NCBI GenBank assembly: GCA_965203275.1
Contig: OZ241865.1
Location: forward strand, 448,001-512,000
Length of the DNA stretch: 64,000 nucleotides
Reading direction: 5' to 3'
Origin: Bdellovibrionales bacterium
Lineage (GTDB): Bacteria > Bdellovibrionota > Bdellovibrionia > Bdellovibrionales > JAUICD01
Shown: positions 11,474 to 20,718 of the stretch, piece by piece
Position numbering within the stretch: position 1 is the stretch's first letter
Layout: each line of letters begins with the position of its first letter
The notes under the pieces: model-generated
Database searches by the model: none
The model's input: only the letters and a program-made list of their open reading frames with translations
Told to the model about the DNA's origin: nothing
Program-made: the position numbers and the translations under genes

Positions 11474-12205
11474 TTGTTAAAATTTATGAAAGAATCTCTT
11501 TATCACAACAAATGGGCTATATTTGCTTTTATTTTAGGATTTATGGGTATTCTTCTCACTCCGTCATTTTTCCTTCATTTAAAATTTGAGGAAAAAAACA
11601 ATATTTATATTATTCCTCCCAAGGAAATGGTACATTTTTCTTTTGGTTTCCAAGAAGCTTTTGCTTCTTTGATGTGGATACGTTTATTGCAAGATATAGA
11701 TATTTGTGAGCAGGGTAAAAAAAAATCTTACAATGTAGGGTCTAGCATTGATGAGATTTTAACAAGTGATATGCCTCCATCAAGATGTCATGAGGGCTGG
11801 GTTTTTCACATGTTAGATCGGATCACTGACTTTTCCCCTCGATTTTTGTATGCTTATGTTCATGGTGGAGTACTATTAAGTATTGTGGTAGATGATCGAG
11901 AAGGAGCTAGACAGATGATGGAAAAGGGACTCAAGGAGTTTCCCGATCATTACAACCTCAATTACAATGCAGCATACCATTATCTTGCTGAAGTCAGAGA
12001 TCCTCAAAGGGCTGCTTACCTGATGAAAAGAACACATGAGCTAGGAGGGCCTTCGTGGCTTTCCTTACTAGCAGCTCGTCTTTATGCTAAAGGAGGCATG
12101 AAGGAGGCAGGCATTACTTTATTAAATGAGCTTATAGAAAATAGCTCTGATCCTGATTTTGTAGAAGCAGCTCAGGAACGGTTAAAAAAGATGATTTTAG
12201 AATAG
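11474..12205 (+). CDS. Membrane-anchored TPR-like protein, possibly PilG-like (Myxococcus pilGHI type)
   Basis: N-terminal TM; ASLMWIRLLQ, LDRITDFSPRF.YAY..GG, MEKGLKEFP, RAAYLMK helical repeat pattern; start may be ATG 11487. Confidence 0.55.
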   Translation: MLKFMKESLYHNKWAIFAFILGFMGILLTPSFFLHLKFEEKNNIYIIPPKEMVHFSFGFQEAFASLMWIRLLQDIDICEQGKKKSYNVGSSIDEILTSDMPPSRCHEGWVFHMLDRITDFSPRFLYAYVHGGVLLSIVVDDREGARQMMEKGLKEFPDHYNLNYNAAYHYLAEVRDPQRAAYLMKRTHELGGPSWLSLLAARLYAKGGMKEAGITLLNELIENSSDPDFVEAAQERLKKMILE

Positions 12206-12254
12206 TTTGTTCTTTATTCTCTCAAGCAAGATAAATTTCTTTTTGATAACTTTT

Positions 12255-12331
12255 GTACCCGTAGCTCAACTGGATAGAGTCCCAGACTACGAATCTGGTG
12301 GTTGCACGTTCGAATCGTGCCGGGTACGCCA
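12255..12331 (+). tRNA. tRNA-Arg (anticodon ACG)
   Basis: GTACCCG acceptor pairs with CGGGTAC, D arm, anticodon arm CCAGA-CTACGAA-TCTGG, T loop TTCGAAT, encoded CCA; 77 nt. Confidence 0.97.
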
Positions 12332-12414
12332 TTTAATATTTAGTTCAAGAAAATAAACAAAAAAAGATAGCTTGTTTCCTTAAAATGGTGTAAAGAAATG
12401 AAGGGGTACTTTTT

Positions 12415-12567
12415 CCGGGATCTGGGATCCGGCAACCCGGGATCTGGGATCCGGCAACCCGGGATCTGGGATCCGGCAACCCGGGATCTGGGATCCGGCA
12501 ACCCGGGATCTGGGATCCGGCAACCCGGGATCTGGGATCCGGCAACCCGGGATCTGGGATCCGGCAA
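12415..12567 (+). repeat. Tandem repeat, 7 x 22 bp CCGGGATCTGGGATCCGGCAAC
   Basis: Identical units counted directly (last one lacks its final base); a higher-order repeat of the heptamer tract. Confidence 0.95.
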
Positions 12568-12569
12568 TT

Positions 12570-12731
12570 AGGTGTAAGAAGGAACTTTTTCCTTAACATG
12601 TAGTCAAAAAACAAGGATATCCTTTCTACTAAAAGTAAATGGACTTTTGAGGTAGCCAGCCTTTTACGACGGAGAGAGCCGTCGGGCTGGCTACCCAAAA
12701 GTGACCAGAGGTCAGTTTACTTTTAGTGAAA
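12570..12731 (+). repeat. Module A plus full three-way-junction element (12628-12731)
   Basis: ACTAAAAGTAAAT...GTTTACTTTTAGT-GAAA with internal stems. Confidence 0.9.
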
Positions 12732-12748
12732 AAAAACGGAGGTTTATT

Positions 12749-13963
12749 ATGAAACACTTTATTTTATTTATTTTAATATTAGGAACTGTAACACCTTTAA
12801 AAGCTACCTTTATTGATACAAATCTTTGTAGTCTCTCATGGTGGCAATCGAATAAAAATATACAAGATGAGCTACAAAGTGTACTTGTCCAAGAGTCATT
12901 TCATCCTAACCAATCTTGTGATGAAAAACAAAACACCCCTTTGCTTTTAGCTGTACGTGCGGGGGTTCATTTGCAACAAATCATTACTCTTGTCACTCAA
13001 GGGGCAAATGTGTCAATGAAAAATACTGATGGAGAAAACGCCATTTACCTTGCAAGTCAGTACAACACTCAAGATGTTTACCAATACTTAACTCACGAAG
13101 CAATACAGACTAGAGAATTTCAAACATCTCTCTTACATCAAGCTTTAGTCAGTCTTGTTGAAGATGAAGCATCTCAATGGAATACTGAAAATGCTACCTT
13201 TAATCGCTATTTTCATAACACAAGAAGAAGAAGATCACGGCGAAATCAACGTGCTATAGGAGTTTATGTAGCATTTAATGCAGGAACAATTTTAGATAAC
13301 ATCTTCAATCAAGATCATACACCTGTATTAGAAGGTGAAACGCAACGAAGTGAATCGACTTCAACACTTGCTCTGACGTCAGGTATTATGCTTGGATATG
13401 CTTTTAGTCCTGTGGGAAGAAATATACCATTGCGATTCCGCCTTGAAAGCGAATATGGATACCGCAAAATGCTGGATCGCACTACAAGCACTGATGAACA
13501 AAGAGATGATTATTTCCATTCTCAGTTTACCCATCAGAGTTTCTTTCACTTTGATGCACGACATTACTTTATGAATTTCTATACAGATTTCTATCAACTA
13601 GTTGGAAACTTAACCCCTTACCTTGGTGTAGGAGTCGGTGTGAGTCATCCAAATATCCAAAGTTCATGGTTTTCTAGAGATGAAGATATATATATACCCA
13701 ACACAAATGTTTCCTTTGGAGAAACAACATTAGAAGATGACCATTCTTTAGGAATGCAAGTTCTCTTAGGAGTAGACCATGCACTCACTCGAAGAATTAC
13801 CCTAGGACTCAAAGCTCGTTATATGAAGCTTTATGAAGACTTTATGTTAAGTACTTATTGGAAAGATATTTCTAGCGGAGCATCTATGATTCATGATCAC
13901 AAGGTGGAAGATTTGGATTTTTATGACCTCACTGCACAATTGAGTATTTTTTTTGGTAGGTAA
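12749..13963 (+). CDS. Ankyrin-repeat N-terminal domain fused to an outer-membrane beta-barrel
   Basis: GGAGG then ATG 12749; signal peptide; NTPLLLAV...GANVSMKNTDGENAIYLA ankyrin repeats; FRLESEYGYR, PYLGVGVG, LGLKARY, terminal IFF barrel strands. The first 16 aa of the tracked ORF come from the repeat. Confidence 0.8.
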   Translation: MKHFILFILILGTVTPLKATFIDTNLCSLSWWQSNKNIQDELQSVLVQESFHPNQSCDEKQNTPLLLAVRAGVHLQQIITLVTQGANVSMKNTDGENAIYLASQYNTQDVYQYLTHEAIQTREFQTSLLHQALVSLVEDEASQWNTENATFNRYFHNTRRRRSRRNQRAIGVYVAFNAGTILDNIFNQDHTPVLEGETQRSESTSTLALTSGIMLGYAFSPVGRNIPLRFRLESEYGYRKMLDRTTSTDEQRDDYFHSQFTHQSFFHFDARHYFMNFYTDFYQLVGNLTPYLGVGVGVSHPNIQSSWFSRDEDIYIPNTNVSFGETTLEDDHSLGMQVLLGVDHALTRRITLGLKARYMKLYEDFMLSTYWKDISSGASMIHDHKVEDLDFYDLTAQLSIFFGR

Positions 13964-14033
13964 AATTTTAAAAAACATTTACAAACGGCATGCTAATAGC
14001 CAGAAAATAAAGTATCTTGAGAGAAAAGAAATT

Positions 14034-14954
14034 ATGAGCAGGAGCAGAAAAGTCACAATTGTAGAAGTAGGGCCAAGAGACGGATTACAAAATGAATCTT
14101 TTATTCTCGATCAATCGACTCGGAGAGAGTTTATTAAACGGCTTTGTTTGAGTGGATTGCAGAGGATTGAAGTGGGTGCTTTTGTATCACCTCGATGGAT
14201 CCCTCAAATGGCTGGATCCTTTGATTTAATTCAAAAACTTATTAAGCAACAAGCTTCAGGTCAAATATCTCAGCAAGTGGCTTTTTCTGCTTTAGTTCCT
14301 AATATGAAAGGCATGCAAAAAGCACAAAAATCTGGTATTCAAAATATAGCTTTTTTCACAGCAGCTAGCACATCTTTTACTCAAAAAAATATTAATTGTA
14401 CTATTAAAGAAAGCCTCAAAAGGCTTGCAGAGATAAAGCCCATTATTTCTTCAGGTGATCATCTCAGAAGTTATATTAGCACAGCTTTTTACTGCCCTTA
14501 TGAAGGACGCATCAAACCAAGTGTAGTTGTAAGTTTAGCAGAAAGACTTATGGATATAGGATGTGACGAGATAGCCCTAGGAGATACAATTGGAGCAGCT
14601 TCACCTAAGGATGTGAATCAACTGCTCAATGTTTTAATTAAAAAAATACCCGCAAAATATATATCCATGCACTTTCATGATACAAGAGGTATGGCCTTAG
14701 CCAATATTAAAGAGAGCTTAGATTATGGCATACGTACATTTGATTCTAGCTTAGGTGGATTAGGGGGTTGTCCTTATGCACAAAACTCTACGGGTAATGT
14801 AGCAACAGAAGATGTGGTTTATTTTTTAGAGAGGTTAGGATATAAAACCAACATAGATCTTCAGGTGCTTATCAAAATCAACTATTGGTTGAGTAAAAAG
14901 CTCAAACATGCTTTGCCTTCTAGGATTGGTTTACTTAAATCGTCTGACTTATAA
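14034..14954 (+). CDS. hmgL: Hydroxymethylglutaryl-CoA lyase
   Basis: EVGPRDGLQNE, HFHDTRG, GLGGCPYA, GNVATED. Confidence 0.95.
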   Translation: MSRSRKVTIVEVGPRDGLQNESFILDQSTRREFIKRLCLSGLQRIEVGAFVSPRWIPQMAGSFDLIQKLIKQQASGQISQQVAFSALVPNMKGMQKAQKSGIQNIAFFTAASTSFTQKNINCTIKESLKRLAEIKPIISSGDHLRSYISTAFYCPYEGRIKPSVVVSLAERLMDIGCDEIALGDTIGAASPKDVNQLLNVLIKKIPAKYISMHFHDTRGMALANIKESLDYGIRTFDSSLGGLGGCPYAQNSTGNVATEDVVYFLERLGYKTNIDLQVLIKINYWLSKKLKHALPSRIGLLKSSDL

Positions 14955-15040
14955 CTTCTGCTGTTTGTTCAATGATTTGTTCAATGACATGACATAGAAA
15001 ATCCAACAACCTTAAAAGATAAATTTTTTAAACTATGTTG

Positions 15041-16033
15041 TCAGTCACAACCATCTAAATGTTTATAAGCTAAAGAACCTGCTACTCGGCCTTGAGGTGT
15101 TTTATTTAAAAAGCCTTCTTTAATTAAAAAAGGCTCATAGACATCTTCTAATGTGTTTTTTTCTTCACTCAATGCAGCAGCCATTGTTTCAATTCCTACA
15201 GGTCCTCCATCACATTTTTTAATAATAAAGTTGAGTATTCTCTTGTCCATGCCATCTAAACCTTTATGATCAACTTCTAACTGCTTAAGAGCAGAATTTG
15301 CAATATTTCCTGTGATCTTTCCATCAGCCTTGACCTGTGCATAATCTCTGATCCTCTTTAGCAAACGATTGGCAATACGAGGTGTCCCTCGACATCTTGT
15401 AGCGATCTCATTTGCTCCTTCCTCATCAATAGCTACATTTAAAAGCTTTGCAGATCGCAAAACAATTTGTTTTAAAGCCGATGCCTCATAAAAATCCAAT
15501 CTTTCTACAATACCAAACCGGTCTCGAAAAGGTGCGTTCAAAGAGCCAACTCTTGTGGTAGCTCCAATCAATGTAAAAGGAGCTATTTGAAATTGCATAG
15601 ACCTAGCTGCTAGTCCTTCCCCTGTGATTAAATCAATATAAAAATCTTCCATAGCAGAATATAAATATTCTTCCACTGTACGATTAAGACGATGAATTTC
15701 ATCAATAAACAAAATAGATTGAGGGGTTAAATGTGTGAGTAGAGCAGCAATGTCACCCTTTTTTTCTATTGTAGGACCAGATGTTGTTTTAATAGATGCA
15801 TTCATTTCATGGGCTAAAATATAACTGAGAGTCGTCTTACCAAGACCTGGAGGGCCACATAAAAGTGTATGGTCAAGAGCCTCTCCTCTTTGACGAGCAG
15901 CCTTAACAAAAATTTGTAATTTTTCTTTGACCTTGTCCTGACCAGGGAAATATTTGAAAGAAGATGGACGAAGTTTCTGCTCTAGAGAGTTATCTTTAAG
16001 GTCTTTTCTGTTGTCTACAATACGTTGTAACAT
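15041..16033 (-). CDS. ruvB: Holliday junction branch migration helicase RuvB
   Basis: LRP, GPPGLGKTT, FIDEIHRL, GATTR, RGTPRIANRLL, YEPFL. Confidence 0.98.
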   Translation of the reverse strand: MLQRIVDNRKDLKDNSLEQKLRPSSFKYFPGQDKVKEKLQIFVKAARQRGEALDHTLLCGPPGLGKTTLSYILAHEMNASIKTTSGPTIEKKGDIAALLTHLTPQSILFIDEIHRLNRTVEEYLYSAMEDFYIDLITGEGLAARSMQFQIAPFTLIGATTRVGSLNAPFRDRFGIVERLDFYEASALKQIVLRSAKLLNVAIDEEGANEIATRCRGTPRIANRLLKRIRDYAQVKADGKITGNIANSALKQLEVDHKGLDGMDKRILNFIIKKCDGGPVGIETMAAALSEEKNTLEDVYEPFLIKEGFLNKTPQGRVAGSLAYKHLDGCD

Positions 16034-16045
16034 TTTATACCTTAC

Positions 16046-16585
16046 TTATGCTCTGGATTCTTTATTCATTTTATTACGTACAGTGTATGAACGGCCATGA
16101 TAAAAAGCCATAGCCAATGCATCAGTTGCATCTAATGTTAAAAGGTGATTTTTGTATGAATCTTTAAGATGAAGTGTATGCAGTATGAGATGACGAATAT
16201 GTTTTTTAGAAGCTAGTCCACTTCCAGAGATGCCTTTTTTCACCTGACGAGTTGCTACTTCTTGAATTTCTAATTTGTGTTTTGCTAAGAGATATAAAAG
16301 CATCCCTCGTGCCTGACCTAAAACAATACCTGTATGAGCATTGCGTCCTACAAAAGCTTTTTCTAGCACAGCGACCTGAGGTTGAAATTTTGATAAAAGC
16401 TCTTCAAGTTGATCTCCTATTTTACAAAGCCTTTGAGCAACAGAGTCTTTATTTGGAACTTTTAACATTCCATGGTCTAAGTAAAGAATACTATCTATTG
16501 CTTTGACATCAATAAGGCCATAGCCACAAATGTGTGTTCCTGGATCAATGCCAATGATACGAATAATATCCTCCTTTTTTCTCAA
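16046..16585 (-). CDS. ruvC: Crossover junction endodeoxyribonuclease RuvC
   Basis: IIGIDPG, VLEKAF, LGQARG, VKK..SG.G.ASK, DATDALAMA. Confidence 0.93.
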   Translation of the reverse strand: MRKKEDIIRIIGIDPGTHICGYGLIDVKAIDSILYLDHGMLKVPNKDSVAQRLCKIGDQLEELLSKFQPQVAVLEKAFVGRNAHTGIVLGQARGMLLYLLAKHKLEIQEVATRQVKKGISGSGLASKKHIRHLILHTLHLKDSYKNHLLTLDATDALAMAFYHGRSYTVRNKMNKESRA

Positions 16586-16737
16586 AGTCTCAAAGATTAT
16601 TTGAAGCTACATCTTTTTGAAAAAAACATTATAGTGTATCTGCACATTCAAAAACAATTTACAAGAAGATCAAATATAAAATAGGTTAGCATAGTAGAAA
16701 TAGATTGGGCAATATTTATAATTTTTGTTGCGTTGTT

Positions 16738-17325
16738 TTTTTAACATTTCACTAAAAGTAAACTGACCTCTGGCCACTTTTGGGGAGCAAGCGGACTGCG
16801 ATAAAGGAACTTTTTCCTTAACATGGTATTTATCCGGGATCTGGGATCTGGCATCTGGCATCCGGGATCTGGGATCTGGGATCTGGGATCCGGGATCCAG
16901 CAACCGGCAAAAAAAGGAAATCTTGTTTCCTTAACATGTAGTTAAGAGACGAGGAGATCCTCCCCTACTCAAAATGCATAATTTTTTGAGGCAATGACCA
17001 TTTTGCCAATGGCGAAAGCCATTGCGGTCATTGCCCAAAAACATGCCAGAGGCATGATGCATTTTGAGTGAAACAACTAACTCCCTACTAAAAGTAAACG
17101 GACTTTTGAGGTTGCCAGCATTTAAGAAGGCGAAAGCCTTCGGCTGGCAACCCAAAAGTGACCAGAGGTCAGTTTACTTTTAGTGAAAATCAAATGAGGC
17201 AATGACCATTTTGTCAATGGCGAAAGCCATTGCGGTCATTGCCCAAAAACATGCCAGAGGCATGATGCATTTTGAGTGAAATGTTAAGGAAAAAGTGTCT
17301 TCTGATGCCGGGTTGCCAGATCCCT
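16738..17325. repeat. Modular repeat array: heptamer tract, full elements 16967-17073 and 17087-17188, truncated copy 17197-17281
   Basis: Same modules and junctions as other arrays. Confidence 0.9.
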
Positions 17326-17392
17326 TTTATTTTGAAAATTGGTATACTCCTTTAAATCCATACCAACAAATCTTATAATTAAAAAAGGCAAA

Positions 17393-18394
17393 TTATTTCT
17401 TCAGCTTGAGAATGTCATCTTTGGACAAACCTGTCATTGTAGAGATCAATGAAATATTGAGATTTTCTTTCAACATATTTAGTGCTACTTTCTCCATTCC
17501 TTCCTTACGACCTTTCTTCATCCCTTTCTCCATTCCTTTCTCCATTCCTTTCTCCATTCCTTTCTCCATTCCTTTCTCCATTCCTTTCTCCATTCCTTCC
17601 TTACGACCTTTCTTCATCCCTTTCTTCATTCCTTCTTCATAAGCACCCTCTTCTCTGGCTGCTTGATCTTTTCTGTCTCTCTCTTTTACCATTGCAAGCT
17701 CCTGTAATGTCTCATCTTTTGATAATATCCATAAATGCTTTGCTGCCTCTGCCATAATACCTCCCTTGTTTTGAAAATTGGTATACTCCTTTAAATCCAT
17801 ATTACCAGAGTTCTTTAAAAGATAACACCAATCTGCCTTTTTGTCAAATAATTCATGCAACCTTGACTGAAACTTGCCTAATTCCACAATGACAAAACAC
17901 AATCCACGAGACATAATCACTTCTGGTGGTTTTGTCCGACGGATATTGCAGATATGATAGTAATCCTTTATCCCTGCAAATTCTTTTAAATTAGCTGTTG
18001 TAAAAACAAGTGAATACACAGGAAGTAATTGATTAAAATCTTCGCCTTTCTTTATCTGACCAGAATAAGCCCTAGAAGCATAAACTAATATCCGATCTGT
18101 AAAAAACTTTTGACTTGTCGTCTGAACTTCTACATGGACAATCTCTGTATTTTGAAGAACGCCTCTGATCCGTCTTCTTAATTTCACACGCAAATCTAAA
18201 GTAAAGGATTTGTATTCGTCTGGAACTTTATCGGGAAGAAGCTCTGTGTTTAATAATGAAACACCCTCTATCACAGAACCTTTAGGCAAAGGTACAAAAT
18301 TCTCTACCAGTGAAATTAAAAGGTCTTCTCTCTTTTCAAAAAAAGCTTTGAAAATAGCATCTATTGTTAATTGTAATAAAACTCTCTCTGTCAT
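17393..18394 (-). CDS. Rpn-family recombination-promoting nuclease / PD-(D/E)XK putative transposase
   Basis: D.IFKAFF, LDLRV, VHVEVQ, DRILVYASRAYSGQ motifs; C-terminal (GMEK)n 12-bp repeats and ALNML...ISTMTGLS tail; GGAGG upstream. Confidence 0.9.
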   Translation of the reverse strand: MTERVLLQLTIDAIFKAFFEKREDLLISLVENFVPLPKGSVIEGVSLLNTELLPDKVPDEYKSFTLDLRVKLRRRIRGVLQNTEIVHVEVQTTSQKFFTDRILVYASRAYSGQIKKGEDFNQLLPVYSLVFTTANLKEFAGIKDYYHICNIRRTKPPEVIMSRGLCFVIVELGKFQSRLHELFDKKADWCYLLKNSGNMDLKEYTNFQNKGGIMAEAAKHLWILSKDETLQELAMVKERDRKDQAAREEGAYEEGMKKGMKKGRKEGMEKGMEKGMEKGMEKGMEKGMEKGMKKGRKEGMEKVALNMLKENLNISLISTMTGLSKDDILKLKK

Positions 18395-18603
18395 AACTTT
18401 GAACCTCCTTTATATCTTTAAACATAATACAAATACTCTAAATGAAACCAAAACACAATATCCATAAATAGCAACTTTTAGCTTAATATTATCTCTAGCA
18501 TTGATTTATTTATCTGAAATTTCGTTTTTCCCCTTATTTTTAGGTTTTTTATATTGTCATCATACGAAAAAACAAAAATTAAGACAAATATAGAATTTGA
18601 ATT

Positions 18604-18641
18604 TTTGATTTTATAACAGCATATATCTGAAAAGTCAAGCC
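18604..18641 (-). promoter_or_regulatory. Putative sigma70 promoter TTGACT-N17-TATAAA with extended -10 TG, upstream of the Rpn gene
   Basis: -35 at 18638-18633, -10 at 18615-18610; 36/38 identical to 21234-21271. Confidence 0.6.
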
Positions 18642-18650
18642 GTTATTTAT

Positions 18651-19086
18651 TCTCACTAAAAGTAAACCAGCCTCTGGCTGTTTTTGGGCAATCAGCCCGA
18701 CGGCTCTCGCCGTCGATCAAAGGCTGATTGCCTCAAAAATCCGTTTATTTTTAGTAGGAAGAATCCTCTTGTCTCTTTACACGATGTTAAGGAAACAAGA
18801 TGTTTACTTCACGTCGATCAAATGGTCATCGCCTAGTGTTGTTACATGGCAAGCTTCAGAGAAGCTTGCTGTCTGACCACTTTTAGTAAGGAGGATCTCT
18901 TCGTTTTTTGACTACATGTTAAGGAAAACATCCTTCATTTTTTAGACCTACTCGCTCTTGAGACAATAAAAGAAAATTTTCCTTAACATGGTGTCAGAAG
19001 CAAGGAGATTCGCCCTACTCAAAATGAACAAGCTTTTGAGGTGGCCAGCCTTTTACGACGGCGTGAGCCGTCGGGCTAACTGCTCA
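18651..19086. repeat. Modular repeat array: reverse element 18652-18755, fragments, and the 5' part of an element interrupted by the 153-bp array
   Basis: Direct reading of shared modules. Confidence 0.88.
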
Positions 19087-20463
19087 TTACCATTCGCATC
19101 CAGATTTTTTATTTGTAAGCACAGAGTTTCAAAGCCAAATAAGATAAAGGGTTGTAAAAACTAATGATATAAATGGGAAAGAGTCTGGTCTCAGGGCAAT
19201 GATTTTGAAATTTAAGAAATAAATTGAAGATCCAGCTCATTACCATTCGCATCCAGATTTTTTATTTGTAAGCACAGAGTTTCAAAGCCAAATAAGATAA
19301 AGGGTTGTAAAAACTAATGATATAAATGGGAAAGAGTCTGGTCTCAGGGCAATGATTTTGAAATTTAAGAAATAAATTGAAGATCCAGCTCATTACCATT
19401 CGCATCCAGATTTTTTATTTGTAAGCACAGAGTTTCAAAGCCAAATAAGATAAAGGGTTGTAAAAACTAATGATATAAATGGGAAAGAGTCTGGTCTCAG
19501 GGCAATGATTTTGAAATTTAAGAAATAAATTGAAGATCCAGCTCATTACCATTCGCATCCAGATTTTTTATTTGTAAGCACAGAGTTTCAAAGCCAAATA
19601 AGATAAAGGATTGTAAAAACTAATGATATAAATGGGAAAGAGTCTGGTCTCAGGGCAATGATTTTGAAATTTAAGAAATAAATTGAAGATCCAGCTCATT
19701 ACCATTCGCATCCAGATTTTTTATTTGTAAGCACAGAGTTTCAAAGCCAAATAAGATAAAGGGTTGTAAAAACTAATGATATAAATGGGAAAGAGTCTGG
19801 TCTCAGGGCAATGATTTTGAAATTTAAGAAATAAATTGAAGATCCAGCTCATTACCATTCGCATCCAGATTTTTTATTTGTAAGCACAGAGTTTCAAAGC
19901 CAAATAAGATAAAGGGTTGTAAAAACTAATGATATAAATGGGAAAGAGTCTGGTCTCAGGGCAATGATTTTGAAATTTAAGAAATAAATTGAAGATCCAG
20001 CTCATTACCATTCGCATCCAGATTTTTTATTTGTAAGCACAGAGTTTCAAAGCCAAATAAGATAAAGGATTGTAAAAACTAATGATATAAATGGGAAAGA
20101 GTCTGGTCTCAGGGCAATGATTTTGAAATTTAAGAAATAAATTGAAGATCCAGCTCATTACCATTCGCATCCAGATTTTTTATTTGTAAGCACAGAGTTT
20201 CAAAGCCAAATAAGATAAAGGATTGTAAAAACTAATGATATAAATGGGAAAGAGTCTGGTCTCAGGGCAATGATTTTGAAATTTAAGAAATAAATTGAAG
20301 ATCCAGCTCATTACCATTCGCATCCAGATTTTTTATTTGTAAGCACAGAGTTTCAAAGCCAAATAAGATAAAGGATTGTAAAAACTAATGATATAAATGG
20401 GAAAGAGTCTGGTCTCAGGGCAATGATTTTGAAATTTAAGAAATAAATTGAAGATCCAGCTCA
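19082..20463. repeat. Tandem array of 9 x 153-bp near-identical units
   Basis: Unit starts at 19082, 19235, 19388, 19541, 19694, 19847, 20000, 20153, 20306; one G/A polymorphism; terminal GCTCA repeated at 20459-20463. Confidence 0.97.
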
Positions 20464-20545
20464 AAAGTGGCCAGTTCATTTTGAGTGAAACAGAGGTCAG
20501 ACCACTTTTAGTGAAAAAGAAGGTGTGGTTCATTTTGAGTGAAAA
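20459..20545 (+). repeat. 3' part of the interrupted element plus two further truncated element ends
   Basis: Three successive ...AGTGAAA ends of different sequence variants. Confidence 0.85.
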
Positions 20546-20718
20546 AGGTAGGCTTTGACTATTGTCTCTTGAGTTTGCAAGCCAATAGTTTGCTTTGACG
20601 TTGATACTCGATAATAAGCTACATATTGTTTGATATTCAAGTTGTGTCTCCCACCTTGATTTACTTCAAAGTGCAACACAGCTTTAAGAAAGTCAAAAAA
20701 ATACGTAGCTAATTGGTC

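Noticed and set aside
12415..12567. CRISPR array or coding repeat (ORFs 12340-12567 and 12345-12698)
   Set aside because: No spacers; the PDPRSR/IPDPG translations are by-products of the 22-bp repeat
12255..13963. Genomic island integrated at tRNA-Arg
   Set aside because: No integrase and no duplicated tRNA 3' end seen; housekeeping genes resume at 14034
17406..17757. Plus-strand (IPFS)n and (PFLS)n ORFs
   Set aside because: Antisense shadows of the Rpn GMEK repeats
19082..20463. CRISPR array
   Set aside because: Units are 153 bp and identical throughout, with no unique spacers, and no cas genes are in the window
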